From positions 7,182,047-7,246,046 of the forward strand of contig CM082591.2 in the NCBI GenBank assembly GCA_040954595.2: a stretch of 64,000 nucleotides of DNA. Direction: 5' to 3'. The position numbers and the translations under genes are program-made. Origin of the DNA: Balanoglossus misakiensis (Eukaryota; Animalia; Hemichordata). This document shows, one piece after another, positions 27,201 through 41,036 of this stretch. Position 1 is the stretch's first letter, and the number at the start of each line of letters is the position of its first letter. The notes beneath the pieces were generated by a model that was not told the origin of the DNA, did no database searches, and was given only the letters and a program-made list of their open reading frames with translations.

Positions 27201-30200
27201 CTAAAGGGGTAAAATTGATTCAACACTTTAAGTAAAATTAATGTCTATGTCATCTCTACATTACAGGAAGTAAAGAGATATCTGAGGATACAAAGGGAGC
27301 CAGTGTTTCAGCAGAACCTTCTAAAACAGGTATGTGCATTTCATCTCAATGTTAGAAAACAACAGTTGAATACATGTGTTGATACTTAGGGATCAGTTGA
27401 TTCAAAACTTCAAGTAAATGTTAAATCATTGGTTGCCATACTTCAACCGGTACTACCAAACTGCATTGTGTGTAAATGTATAATATAAGAAAACTTGATG
27501 ACATAACATTTATGGCACTTACCAGAAACCTTGACATCACAACACAAATTTTTACAAGTATGAGGCAAGATGAGAATAGAGGTCTGGTCACCAACAATTC
27601 AGAGAGTTCAAAATCATTATAAGAAACTTTTCACTTGATCAAACATAAACAAAGTAACGTCAGAAGATACCAACCTTGTCATCTTTGAATTCAACTTTGT
27701 ATTCTTTGCAAGATAAGATTGGCTGTCTGGTCATTGATGAATACTTTTGTCTGTAAATTAGAAACATCAAAATGCGTGCAGATATTGACTCAATATCAAT
27801 ATCATGTGGATGAGATTGTTATGATCAATTCTGCAAGAGCATTTGATGGAGCATCAAGGTGTGCCGGAATAGAAAAAAGAAAAGCTATGAGCCAATTTGT
27901 GTGTAAATGTCCAATGTACAAGTAGGCTGATTATTGGCAGACAGCATAAAGCAATATAAAATAGAACAGTGTTTCAAACCCTCTGTTTTGATTGGTATGG
28001 TTGAATCCATATGCAACAGAAAGGGGTGAAAGGTTCACTCTTTGTTACAGTGGCCAGAAATAAAACAACTCTGGTCCAGGGTGAAAATGCTCAATTTCTA
28101 CAATTTCAACCACTAGCTACAATCATTCAATTTCTTCATTTGACTTTGGAATTGTCATATGTAGATATTCCACAATATCAAGAAACTTTAATTTTGTTAT
28201 GATTATAAATAATCAAAAAAGGTAATTCAAATTAGGAACTTACCAATTTTTTATCCAAGTGACAATCTGGAACAGCCAGTGGTGTTGAGACAGACTATTT
28301 ATCATGACTCATCCTAAGTAACTGCAGGTTTTCCATCTCTCAGATCATCTGCAATGATGTCACTATATAAGTGGTTACTGGGTATATTCTTGCAAAAAAA
28401 TATATCACTAAATTTCCAACAATGCATTTGACTTTCCAATAAATTCTTTAAAGTTAGAAAGGTTTACACCAATAATTTTCTCAAGGGTTTATTCACAGAA
28501 ATACTCACCTGGTCAAAGAAAGTACCAGCCCTCTAGGCTAAGGAGTAGATAATTCTTCTCTGTTCACCAATATAACAATTACTGATTGAAAAGCAGACCA
28601 TCTCTGGTTGGCTGGAAAAAGAAACAAAATCTTTGGCACAACAACATTACAGATAGTATATAAAGTTAGAAATACTTTGTATTATAATAGTCTGTCAATA
28701 AAATGACAGATAGCTTTTTTCTTTATATTGCAAAGCAATAGAAATAGTTTCAGAAATTGATGTTTGTCTTGTTGCCCTGGTTTGAAAAGCTACAAGTATA
28801 AGGTAGGCAATGATCCTTGAGACATTGTTTAAGAATATTTATGTAGGACCTACTAATTCCAAAATTACAAGGCAAAGATTATTCCTGTACTGATCTGTTA
28901 AGATGTGTTACCATGACAACAATACTGTCACCAAATCCATTGAGCAGTTGAATAGGAACATTTTTTATGGGTTACAAAGACCATAAATAAAGTGATAATT
29001 TCAGGTAATATTTCTGCTACTTGTTTTCAAAAATAGAATTATTAACTGATATTAACATTTTGTCCAGTTTCCATGGTTACTTGGTATTGGAAAATGTGTA
29101 GATATAGAGTACTTTGGCAGAAATATATCATGGCAATATCTCGCTAAATTTGTAAAAAAAAAAGGTTTAAAGTTATATTAAAACACTAACTTTAGCACAT
29201 TGCCAATGTTTTACAAAATACATTGAGGTTCAGTTTAATATTGCTACTTTTTGCTGACGATCTTGTCTTGATGAGCTGCACAATGATAGGTTTACAGAGA
29301 TTGTTAAATAAGCTTTCGGAGTATTGTAAAATATGGCAACTGAAAGTGAACCATGGTAAATCCAAAATTGTAGTTTTTAGACGAGGAGGAGTCCTTAAAA
29401 AATGTTATAAATGGTATTTGAATGGAGAAAAACTTGATATTGTACCTTATTATAAATACCTTGGTTTATTAATGTCTAGTAGTGCCATTCAAGCCAGTAA
29501 AGCTGTGTTCGCCTTAAAGCGCCACTTTGCAAACTTAGGGGACATCCCCCTTAATTATGCACTTAAAAATTATGATTGTAAGATTCTTCCGATCCTTAAT
29601 TATGCATCGGAAGTATGGGGATTCCATAATGCACATGATGTGGAAAAAGTAGAAAATAATTTCCTGCGGTTTATTTTATGTTTGAAAAGAAATACTCCAG
29701 TGAGTGCCATTAAGGCCGAGATTGGTCGTCCTGGTCTTTTGTATTATCGTCATATCAGAATACTGAAATACTGGCTAAAATTGCTCAAAACTAGACCAGG
29801 TAGTATCTTGTCAACTTGTTATAAAGTACAATATGATAGAGCAGAAAAAAATATGCATTGTTGGGCACTACAGGTAAAATAACTGTTATGTAATATGGGT
29901 TTTTCAGAAGTGTGGATGCAACAGGGAGTCTCAAATGAACATATTTTTTTTAAATTTTTCAGAGAGAGATGTAAGGATGTACAAATGCAAATTATCATGT
30001 GCGATGTTAAATCCATCCCTAAATTATTCACTTATAGTCGTTTCAAATTTAGCCCACACATGGAGGAATATTTGTGTATTATTCAACACAGGGGCTTTAG
30101 AGCAGCACTGACCCGTTTTCGTTTATCAAGTCATACCTTGCGTATAGAACAGTGCAGATGGGAAAGGATAAAACCCCCAAGATCAGAAAGAACATGTCTC

Positions 30201-32134
30201 ATATGTAATAATGGGCAAATTGAAGATGAGTATCACATGTGTTTTATCTGCCCAGCTTATACAGATTTGCGGGAAAAATTCATCCCAAGCTTTTTCCTAA
30301 ATCCTCCTGTAGAATATAAGTTTCACAAACTCATGTCAACAAATAACAAATATTTATTACACCAATTGAGTAAATACATTCTCCTTGCTTTCCAAAAGAG
30401 AGATAAATTGTTACAAGGGTAGACACGAGTAAATGCTTTGATGGCATGACATATTATTGTATTTCTACTTTGTATTTAAAGGGACAATCGGCCATATATA
30501 TACTGAATAAACATATTCAATTCAATTCAATTCAATTCAAACACCATAAATAAAGTGATAATTTCAGGTAATATTTCTGCTACTTGTTTTCAAAAATTGA
30601 ATTATTAACTGATATTAACATTTTGTCCAGTTTCCATGGTGACTTGGTATTGGAAAATGTGTACATATAGAGTACTTTGGTAGAAATATATCGTGGCAAT
30701 AACTCGCTAAATTTGTAAAAAAAAAAAAAAGGTTAAAGTTAAATTAAAACACTAACTTTAGCACATTACCAATGTTTTACAAAATACATTGAGGTTCAGT
30801 TGTCATGGTTACCAGTCAATAATGCTACCATCATACATTTTTTCCTAAAAATAATGGACCAAAGAATTATCCCTGAAACTCAGTTCAAGAATTGTTATGA
30901 AATGTCTACTGAGTCAAAAGTTACAAGTAAAAGATTATTTTTGAACTGATTTATTTGAATGTGTTACCATGGCAACATCAACGATAGTATATCTATTGAA
31001 TGGTTAAATAAGATAGTCTTTTATGTATATTATAATATCAAAAAGAGACAAAGTAAATTTCCTCCTAGCTATATTGCAGAGAAAAAGAAATAGTTCAAGA
31101 AACTCATGGTTACTCTGGTTGCCATGGTTATTTGTCACTGTAAACATTGTGTAGAAAAACTACCCCTTAGTAGTTTAGTTGTCATAGCAATGATTCGTTT
31201 CTTTTGTAATATGCTTTCTCTTGTTAAAATGAACAATAAAACACTTACTCTAGCATATTCCAAATGCATTTCAGTAGGGTACAGCATGTTTGACCTTTGA
31301 CCTCTGTTTCACCTAACAGGTCACTGGTCAGTGAGGACACTGGATGGCCAAAGTCCAAACACAGGGCGAAAGTTTAAAAACCCATGGGGTATGGTGTTCC
31401 ATGGTGACAAACTAGTGGTGTGTGACCGAGGCAACAGGGTTGTACAGATACTGAATCAAGATTACACCTGTGACAAAGTCTTGGGAAGTTTTGATGGTCA
31501 GTTTGCAAAGCCATTCCAGCCACGGGATGTAGCTGTCTCCCATGACAACATCTACTTCATAAGTGATGGTGGAAATTCTCAAATTGTTGTTTGTGATCAA
31601 AACAATAAAATTCTTAGAATAATTACTCTACCTGCAGGCGTCAATGTCTGGGGCATCGCTCTACTGAATGGATTTGTTTTGGTCACTGAGTTCGAAGGTC
31701 ATCGGCTACTCAAGTACACCCAAGATGGTCATTATGTTGCAGAGGTTGGTGGTCGAGGTCGTGGCCAAACACAATTCCATAACCCATACTCTGTGGTGGT
31801 CAACAGTAAGAATGTCATCATGGTGTCTGACTGGGGCAATGACTGCATCAAGTGTTTTGATGCTGAATTGAAATTCTTGTATCAATTTGGTGTGAGAGGT
31901 GAAGGTCCTGGTCAGCTGGGGTATCCACACAGCATTGACGTCGATGACGACGATAATTTGTTTGTGTGTGATGGGAATGCTAGGATTGTGAAATGGAGAT
32001 TTGATGGAGAGTGGATCTGTCACTTATTTGAAGGGGAGGTGACATGGCCTGAGTTCCTTGCAGTCAGCGGTGACAGAATTGCTGTTAGAGAGTCTGGCAG
32101 CGACCAAATCAAAGTATTCTGCAAGCAGACATAA
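21278..32134 (+). CDS. Copy B complete gene (~1618 aa): 2 N-terminal repeats, GT4-like domain, TRADD-N-like domain, coiled coil, linker, NHL propeller
   Basis: Exons 21278-23396, 23796-24260, 24566-24642, 24867-24945, 25527-25790, 26025-26684, 26822-27136, 27267-27329, 31320-32134 join into an open 4857-nt CDS with canonical splice sites. Acceptor at 21267; probable non-coding first exon with donor at 20319/20320. Confidence 0.88.
29236..30540 (+). mobile_element. 5'-truncated non-LTR retrotransposon (RT C-terminal half, RTE/RTEX-like) in the last intron of copy B
   Basis: LLFADDLVL reverse-transcriptase motif; one in-frame TAA at 29880-29882; C-terminal C-x2-C...EDEYH...C motif; aataaa followed by a (TTCAA)n tail at 30516-30540. 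Absent from copies A and C. Confidence 0.85.
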
Positions 32135-35100
32135 ACATCACCATGAAATACATGTCAACACAACATCAAAAACAGTGAAATTTGGGAGAAAATTTAGAGG
32201 CAGCGTCGATAAATTTACGATTGATCGCATGCCATGGCAACAAAGTTCAAACTGAACCAATGTCACTTTCACAATTTTTGGAGTTATTTTCCACATTTTG
32301 AAGAAAAATTCCGAACAGAAATTAATTGTACGTGCAGTCGCTACATGTACTGAGTGTAGGCAAAATAAACTGAGGGTGTTTTGAGTAATTTTTGCAGTTT
32401 ATTTTGAGGGATTTTGAGACAAGACTGTTTGAAACTGAATGCATTTCGTCAACTTGGCATGTAAACAATCAAAAATTGGGATCTTTTTTCCACATTTACA
32501 AAGCTCATTTTGGAAAAAAAATATTTCAGTCTACAGTCGCTTCATGTAACGAGTAAAACAATTCAAATCTGAGTCGTTTTGGAATATTTTTACTCGTTTT
32601 TTTCATGAATTTTGACATGGAGGGGTCTGAAAGTTATGATGTGCAGTCCACTTCCCATCAGATCTCCATTGCATCCGAAAGGATGAAGGCGTTTCATCAA
32701 TTTATGTGTGCAAAACAATTCTAAAAACTTACCTGTAAATCGCCAGAGATATATGTTGTATTGTGATCTGTAAATATTTCCATTCGATAGTCCAAAATAA
32801 TTGTTATTTCAAATATATATGAAGAAAGGATGCGCGACCGGTAATGTTTTTGTTTTACCGCCATTTGTTTTGAAATGTGTTGAGGGCGCACAGTTCAATC
32901 AACGAGGGGGGAGCTTGACTTCAACGGTAGAGGGCGCTATGACTATTTCTGCTATCAGGAATAGGAATCGATTTTGCTTCACGAACATTGACATACGGTA
33001 AAGTGTGTTTTCGTCAGCGTAAAATGTATGTATGAACTTGGAGAAATATATTCATTTGAGACATATTTTAGTCGTTATTGTAAATAATCATGTTCTTTAT
33101 TTGATATTGTAAATATCGTGGTATGTTCTTGAATTTGCTAGCAAGATAAACTTTTCACAAACTTTAATAGGTAAACTTGATGAAATGGGAACTGTAGTAT
33201 AAATATTCTCGTTGCCTTTTTCGCATTGTTGAACATAGCAGGTTTTTGTCAGCGTAAAAATGTACATATGGACCTGGAGAAATATATTCATTTGAGGCAT
33301 ATATTTTAGTATGTATTGCTCTCTATTTGATATTGTAAATATCCTGTTCTCGTTATGTTCTTGAATTTGCAATCAAGATGAAGTTTTCACAAAGGTAAAC
33401 TTAATGAAATGGTACTGCCAGATTTTCAGAACAATTTATTTTTTCTTCCTGGCCTAAGGTTGAGATTCTGTTGACGACCGACCCAGACATGTACGGTCCA
33501 ATATGAAAGCAGCTGTCTGTGACCAACTCCAAAATTGCGCCCCCAAACACCACCACCACTACGTAGGTGATTCCAAAGTGATTCCAAAAGACGAGTTTGT
33601 ATTATTTTTTTGCCATTTCTTTATTTTCATCTAAAAATGGTCACCAAAATTGAGAATTGACAATTGTGTGCAATTTTAAAAAAGACAATAATTGTTTGTA
33701 TCCATACCTTTTCTGATGATTACTCCTGAAATTGAGAGAAGATACTTTGTAGCTGAAGGAAATATTTTCTAAAATTCTATAAATTACATATATTATAGCG
33801 TTTTGCAACTATTAGTACATTCTATATTTAAAATTAGCTTTCTGGATGTGAACATTCTAGACAAATGCATACAAATATCTGGCATAAACTCTGTAAGTTT
33901 TACACAAAGTTAGAAAAAAAGATGTTTTTCATAATTCCATAATTTTATCACAGTTGTGAATTGAATGAATGCTCACAATTATCCCTAAACAAATATGACT
34001 TTATCTAAAATAATGAGTGTTGCTCATTTTTCTGTTTGATAACAGATTTGTGTTTGCTTAAAGCAAAACAGTTGGTTCAGATAGATATGTAATATTTCAA
34101 TAAATGCCCAGATTTGCAAATCTCAAAATTGGCCATCTTTTAATCAACCTTTTCTTAAAGCAATATTTTTCTGTGAGTGTTGCCTTATAAAGCTCACATT
34201 TTATCACAATCAATAATAAATCTTTCCCATGCTGATGCCATGAAGACCTTAATTGACATGATTGTAAACTATTTACATAATCCTAGGTCATATGTGCATA
34301 TCCCAATTATCAATTTTAGTTCCGGCATGCTGGACTCACTTTTGTGTTGTCTGCTTGGAGATGATGCCATGTTTTGGAAGGGCGCCCTCTATAGCAAAAA
34401 GGCGTACGCAGATCAAAATAAAGCTCAACCTACAATACTAACTTCAGCTTTGAGCAGATTTTCAAAATATCCCAGCATTACGAACCCCGACATCTGCTAT
34501 GGATCTACAATCATGACCATATGCACACTATGTAAAAGTAAATATATCAACTGCACATCATTCCATCAACCACTAAAGATAATTTCAGCCTCTTGTCTTA
34601 TAAAAGATCCATGAAAAATTTGAGAACAGATTTGGAAGACGATGATTATTTTGAAAATTGGTTGCGAAGGTTACAGTGTATTCAGAGCATTCAGCAGTTA
34701 TTAAACATAGATTTCACATATCATGTCAATCTCAACATTATTACGTTTAATTGTCAGGGTTCTCAACACGCTGGTTAGCAGTGGTCAGGCTGACCAGCAC
34801 TTAAGTTAAAAGCCAGCAACCAAAGGCTGCCAGTAGGTACTAAATGTATTGTATACTCAATCCAGTCTATTGTCTTATTTTGATATGTTGATGAATGGAT
34901 ATGACTTGCAACAGACATGAATATTAATAAGCATGAATATTAATGAGTTGCCAGAACTCAAGTCAACCTGGTGAGAACCAAAAATAATTATATTTGACAT
35001 CAACTGATATTTTTCACATGATTTGCAATTTTCAAGAATCATTTTTCTTCAAGAATATACCACAGGTCGAGCACAATTGAATGTAATTGAGCCATAAACT

Positions 35101-36439
35101 TCTATTGTAATCTAAGTTTTATCTTAAAAACTCTTAATACGATGTCTGCTTCTCTTGAATATTAAATTGTTTATAAAATATAGCTAAAATTGCTACATTC
35201 TAGAAGACTTAATGAATAAAGTTGAAATGGCTGATGTGCAATAGTCTTGTTGAACTTTATAATTGGGGACAATTGTCTTTGTGAAAGTCATAAAACTGTA
35301 TAGGGCGACGATCATCTTATGTGCATGTGCCAAACCAGTGACAGTGGCAATTTAGTTTGTGTAAATCACTCATCAATATCCATGACAACCTGTCAGAATA
35401 AGATGCAACATGAAATGTGACCATATTTTGAAATACATTTAACCAATGAACTCTGATATGAGACGAAGACCACTCTTTACCTCAGAGTTTGGACACTGTT
35501 CATCAAATAGCAAGAATTGCTCATAGTCTGACCCCACAGAGAATACGCAAATCTACTTTAGCATGAAAGCAGCCAAATGCAAGAAAAAAATTATCCTACG
35601 ATCACATCTTTAAATGTTTTGAAAAATTTAGAAAGAAAACATGGTACAGTAATCTAAATTTGACAAACTTATTATACCTATACTACTGTATTCGTATTTA
35701 GAATGCAGGACTCTATTTCAGAAAAATACTGCATCAAAACATGCTACAACTACTAATCTACATAGAAATGCAGCATTTATTTTTGTCTATTACACAATAT
35801 AAGCATCATTATTGGCACGGTTACCCATCTTTCCATGATATTTTGCAAGAGCATCAGTGATGCTGAAAATAGCCAGAAGTTAATGAAACACCCAGCTGTC
35901 AGGTAAAAAAGCCTGCCATTATTGAAATTCTTCAATATCAATCACATGATCTGGCCATGTGACCCACAGCGTTGTCATTTCCAGATGACGGGCAAACAAT
36001 ATTTCAGCATCCAGTAAAAGTTTTTCCGGGTATGTTTGTACATATACTTAAAAACTGCCAGACATGTAACATGTATCAGCCATGATCAGGCATGGTGCCT
36101 CATCAGCCTCAACTTCAAGGCATTATGTTTGCACAGTCGTCATCAGCACCACATCGCTGAAGTTGCCCCGTCATCTGGAAATTTGAATGCCGACAGAACT
36201 GCTCCTGAATGTGTCTGACGTCATTTGATATCGAAGAATAATCAAATATCAGATTGGTGGATCAATGCAAATGTTGCTTTTTTATCAGCTTTAACCCTTT
36301 CACCCCTATGCCCAGTAGAAAGGTCCAGAACTGGCACAGAGAATAATGGAGTTGGACCAAACCATGGTGAACACGGCAGTATTTGTGTGTGTGCAAAACC
36401 AAAATGACGAATAAGATGACGAGAGATGTCTACAGATTT

Positions 36440-36709
36440 TCATCCGTAGTCATTATGTGCATTGAGGACGATTTTCCATCCATCTTCTTCAGATCAGAAT
36501 ATCCATGTGTAAGGCATTCTTGACAGTGTATTCCCGATTCTATCCATTTTCTCTATATCTTGGACACAGCAATTACACACCATGTACTTTTTGTGATCTC
36601 ATGACAAAATGTTCTAGAGAGTTGGCCGACTGACTTTTGTGAGTCCAATACTTTCCAAAACCTCTCTCACTTCATCATAAGCCTGTGGTTGTTCAATGGT
36701 TGGTGGAAT
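36440..36709 (-). pseudogene. Degenerate 270-nt antisense exon (unit B copy)
   Basis: 90 codons: IPPTIEQPQAYDEVREVLESIGLTKVSRPTL*NILS*DHKKYMVCNCCVQDIEKMDRIGNTLSRMPYTWIF*SEEDGWKIVLNAHNDYG*. Confidence 0.45.
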
Positions 36710-36962
36710 CTAAAATTGAATCAAAGAATTCACTTATTAGACTGTCATTTCTTTCAGGCTCCAGTACCTTGATCCAACAAGCTCTTTTCTGCAGGCTTTG
36801 TTAAGAAGCTAAATAAAATGGAAGGGTGCCATCAGTAAGTTTATTCGAATGGGCCATTCTGAGTTTGAAAGTAAAAACATAAAAATAATTCAAACATTGG
36901 CAGCTAAAAATGTACATATGGACCTGGAGAAATATATTCATTTGAGGCATATATTTTAGTAT

Positions 36963-37430
36963 ATATTCCGTTGTGATGCGTAGAACACACAGGCCTGAGC
37001 GCAAAAAAAAGTTTTCCGGCAGACTCTGTAGATCGACGTTTTGTTCTAAAATATCTATGGATGCTTCCAAACACCGTCTCGTCATTTGCATATTCCGTTG
37101 GGATGCGTAGAACGCATAGGCCTGAGCGCATAAGAAAGTTATCCGGTAGACTCTGTAGATCGACGTTTTGTTCTAAAATATCTATGGATGCTTCCAAACA
37201 CCGTCTCGTTATTTGCATATTCCGTTGTGATGCGTAGAACACGTAGGCCTGAGCGAAAAAGAAAGTTTTCCGGTAGACTCTGTAGATCGACGTTTTGTTC
37301 TAAAATATCCATGGATGCTTCCAAACACCGTCTCCTTATTTGCATATTCCGTTGTGATGCGTAGAACACAGGCCTGAGCGCATGAGAAAGTTTTCCGGTA
37401 GACTCTGTAGATCGACGTTTTGTTCTAAAA
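36963..37430. repeat. 127-bp tandem repeat, ~3.7 copies
   Basis: atattccgttg starts at 36963, 37090, 37217 and 37344; whole units are near-identical with no unique spacers. Confidence 0.9.
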
Positions 37431-37466
37431 AATACATGGACACTGATATGCCACAAAAACAGTTGT

Positions 37467-37622
37467 TGGTATAATATAATAGCAATAACCACCGCATCAG
37501 TCGGGTATACACTCGATTTGGGTACAATTCGCTCCATATAGCACTCGCCTGACAGCTCGTGCTATATGTCCCGAATTGTACCCAAATCTCGTGTATACCC
37601 GCCTGCGGCGGGGGTTATTGCT
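37467..37622. mobile_element. Long terminal hairpin of a non-autonomous element (Helentron/HINE- or Crypton-like)
   Basis: ttggtataatataat followed by a ~140-bp imperfect palindrome agcaataacc...gggtatacac..gatttgggtacaattcg / cgaattgtacccaaatc..gtgtataccc...ggttattgct. Confidence 0.55.
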
Positions 37623-38205
37623 TAAAGGTCTCATGTCATGCTTTGGAAAGTTTTCATATTTCCACGTCAAAAGCTCACCTAGGGTACCTGTCTATGCATT
37701 GCCTATTGTGTCGGTTCCGAAAAATGTGCACGAATGCCGGAATTTGCCACTTTTTTTCATGCCTGTGATCAGAGAGCCACTTCGCACTCGAGCCAGGCGA
37801 AGGTATTTGCATATGGACAAACAAGTACACTACGTCGTAGTGTACCATTCTGTTTACAGTAAAGTGTAATTATCGGTCCATGAGTAATTAAGTCCACAGA
37901 CAAAGACAAGCTATATAAACAGTGTTCAAAGCAAAGGAAGCCCTTGCCTCACATTGCAGGCAGAGGATTTACAAAGGTGTGAAAGACTATTTGTCCACAT
38001 CAAGATAAGTCTTCGGCTTAACTTCGAAAAGCCGAAAAAAATCGACTGAGTTGGGTTAGGGGTACACGCCCACCCGCCACTTTTACTTGCTTGTTATCTA
38101 AGCACAAGGGGCAAAACGCATTGCAAGATAGCAACGTACGTTAACTTCAAGACCCAAATAGTGATTTTACGCGTGGTTGTATAGGGCATGGCATGAGACC
38201 TTTAA
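37622..38205. mobile_element. TTAA-flanked Kolobok-like MITE
   Basis: ttaaaggtctcatgtcatgc ... gcatggcatgagacctttaa. Confidence 0.7.
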
Positions 38206-39435
38206 ACACAGAACATTTTTGTCATTTCTTCAGTGAATTCGATTTCTATAGCTCAAAAAACACTTCGCACGTAGAGCGTTTACATTGTACTAGTATCTAA
38301 TTTTATTCCCGCCATTTTGCTCAGTTCATATACACGTGACCTGCCCCGTCGGGGGAGTCTACGCCTGGCTGGGAATGGACCAACCTCGTGGTTTGGGGGC
38401 TGTGCAGAGCATGTAGACGTAGTCGAGTTAGAGCCCGTGGTAATAGGTCAGTCAGGACGCGGCGAATCGGCTATTTCATAACATTGGCGCTGCGAGCAGT
38501 TTGCGTGCGAATCTGGAGTGAGGAAGACTTGGTAAATTGTCCAAGTATGTTACGCGGGGAAGGAGTAGAGTGGTGTTTCTGAGCTTTGACGGAATTCGGT
38601 GATTGTGTCTGGGTGAGTGGGGGCTTTTCTGGGTAAGGAAAAGTGGGATATCGAGAATTACCGGGGCCAGAAGACACTGGGCAAACTCTAAGTTTCCGCG
38701 GGGGATTTGTAGTGATATTTAGGGACGGTACCGGGGTTTTGAAGATAGTTTTCAGCGAATTTTCCGTGGATTTTCTTACTGACCACGTGGGTGAAAACGG
38801 GGCCATTGTCGTAGAGGCAGCAGTCTGCTCTTGGTTTCAACTCGTTTTTGTGAGTGGGCTGTTGGACATTCCAATTGTTGGGACTGGGGAGTTTTTGGGA
38901 ATCATTCATCTGTTTTTGATAGCGTTCAGGATTTTCTTGAATATTTTTCGGAATTTTTCAATCGCACATTTTGTTTGTTCGCGTTTACGTGTGTCGTCGG
39001 TTCTATTTTTAGCGACCCTCACTCCAGAAAAACGTGTTTCGGAGCAGCGTTCCGCGCATGCGCAGAAACTTTTCCAGCCATTTTCAGAGACATTCCGCGT
39101 TTTTTTTTTGGTGCGTGAGTGAGTGAGCCTTTCGTTTATTTTACTCCGTTTACATCTTTTATTTATCACTCGGTTCATGCGAGTGGCCTATTTATTTACA
39201 TTCGTGATTATTCTTTTCAATAAAGAACCGTTTTATATTTATCAACCTCAAGCTGGTGTTGCCTAGGACAACCAGCAGTGTGTGTCAAGTATTGTGACTC
39301 TTGAATTATTGATTTGAGTGTGTGAATTTTATTTTGGGGGACTTGGCTGTATGTTAAAAAAAATTTCCAGGGAAAGAAGTACAGCACTAACGGGCCCACC
39401 ACAGCGATTTCCCAGGTTGATTTAGCTTCCAGGGA

Positions 39436-39894
39436 TAAGGGTGACCCGTTTTTTTTATTTGTTTCTCATCTCCAGAGGAATAGTCAGGCAGGGCGGGCGG
39501 GCGAAATAAAATAAAAACAAGTACCAAAAATAAAACTCTTTCAGTTCCATGTTTTATCCATTACAAACAAATGTGTAGGCCTATTTGTTTCAGTTCAATG
39601 TTCTGGCTGTTCAGTCATTGCAATTTCTTATCTTTCAGTCCAGTGTTCTGTGCTCTCTGTCCTTTCAGTCACTATAATTTCTTGTCTTTCACTTTAGTGC
39701 TCTGTCCGTTTATTCTCTACAATTTCTTTCCTTTCCTCCGGCGTCGATGGCTTCAGCGATGAATGACACGCTGGTCTGACACGACCGCCATGATGAATAT
39801 GACGTCATTTGCAGACTGATCTGCAAAGTCTCACAATTGGCCGTTGGGGGCGCTGTTTCTAGGATGATCGCCTCAGAGTCGGCGCAAATAAATA
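39436..39894. mobile_element. Inverted partial copy of the MITE at 1750-2273
   Basis: Reverse-complement similarity to ~1835-2273; the ORF track shows near-identical spurious peptides on opposite strands. Confidence 0.7.
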
Positions 39895-40678
39895 CCCTTC
39901 TTTATATTCCGCTCTACTGTTGTATTGAGTACTTTGTATCGGACCAGTCGAACCACGTACTTCGTATAGTACATACATGTATATACAAAATACATATATA
40001 CAGACAGACAGACATGTACTCCTAAATTTTATTCTCAGAAATATTGGTTCAGTGACTTTGAATTGATCCTAGGTCAAGTTTCAATTTTGGGAGTTAACAA
40101 TCATCTCCATCATGGCACTTTATACAAATATGTACATTCCATTACATGAAATATGTAACATACAACGAAAGGTTCACGCCTCTTCTTTAGTAAACTGGTA
40201 TTTATAAGTAAATCACCTTTCACTGCCTACATTGTAAATAATTCAAGGTAAAATTCCTTGTTGGATAATAATAAACGATTCAAGCAGACCTCTCTTGAAT
40301 ACCTTATAAAAATCAATTCTTCTTAGTTCTATATATTCTTCCGTTTTCTGTACTCTTGTAAGTTGTATTCTGTGTGTAATATTCACAATCAAATTAAATT
40401 AAAATCCACCCATAAAACATAATACTGATATCAATTTTGTTCAAAGTATGTGCAATATCATGAGTCAAAATACATGGTAGTCAAATACAGCTTCTACGGC
40501 TTAGCTGGATACTCTGTTGTTGATTTCAGAATACAGAAAATAAGTCCCCCACTTAGTGTAAACTTTTCTCCCCCATAAAGTTTGAACTTGTAACACCAGT
40601 AAAAGCAACTAAGATTTATCCAATTCAATACGACAATATATAACAGAACTTTGGGTCATGTTATGTACTGTGTCAGTC

Positions 40679-41036
40679 ATTATATTACCATGGCCTGTGC
40701 GTCGCATTTTAATTGGTCGAGATGAACGACGTCACTGATCACAAATACTCAGTAATGGTTTGTTTACATGCCCGTAAATCTAAATAGTAATGTTAGCAAA
40801 CAGTTCAGTGAATACAAGTTCTGGGGCCCCTATTCTTTCGCGTAGGACATTTTCATAAATTTTGACAGTTTTCTTAAGTTCGTTGGTAATATAATGGAAA
40901 TAACCGACTTGTTTATGGGCGCGGGCTCGAGGAAAGCCAAAATTCATGGGCTCGGAAGCCTTGCCATAGAATTTGTGGCTTTCCCCTCGCCCTTGCCCAT
41001 AAACAAACGTTAATGGTCAGGGCGTCGTCCATTATT
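40679..41036. mobile_element. Non-autonomous element with sub-terminal inverted repeats and a 3' long hairpin
   Basis: attatattacca (40679) / tggtaatataat (40884), then hairpin ttgtttatgggc...gcccataaacaa. Confidence 0.55.

Noticed and set aside
29223-30422. Reverse transcriptase next to a hypervariable exon, suggesting a diversity-generating retroelement
   Set aside because: The RT is a 5'-truncated LINE with a nonsense codon, present in one copy only. No template repeat is visible and the NHL changes are not adenine-specific.
36963-37430. Regularly spaced repeats resembling a CRISPR array
   Set aside because: Whole 127-bp units are near-identical with no unique spacers, there are no cas genes, and the context is eukaryotic.
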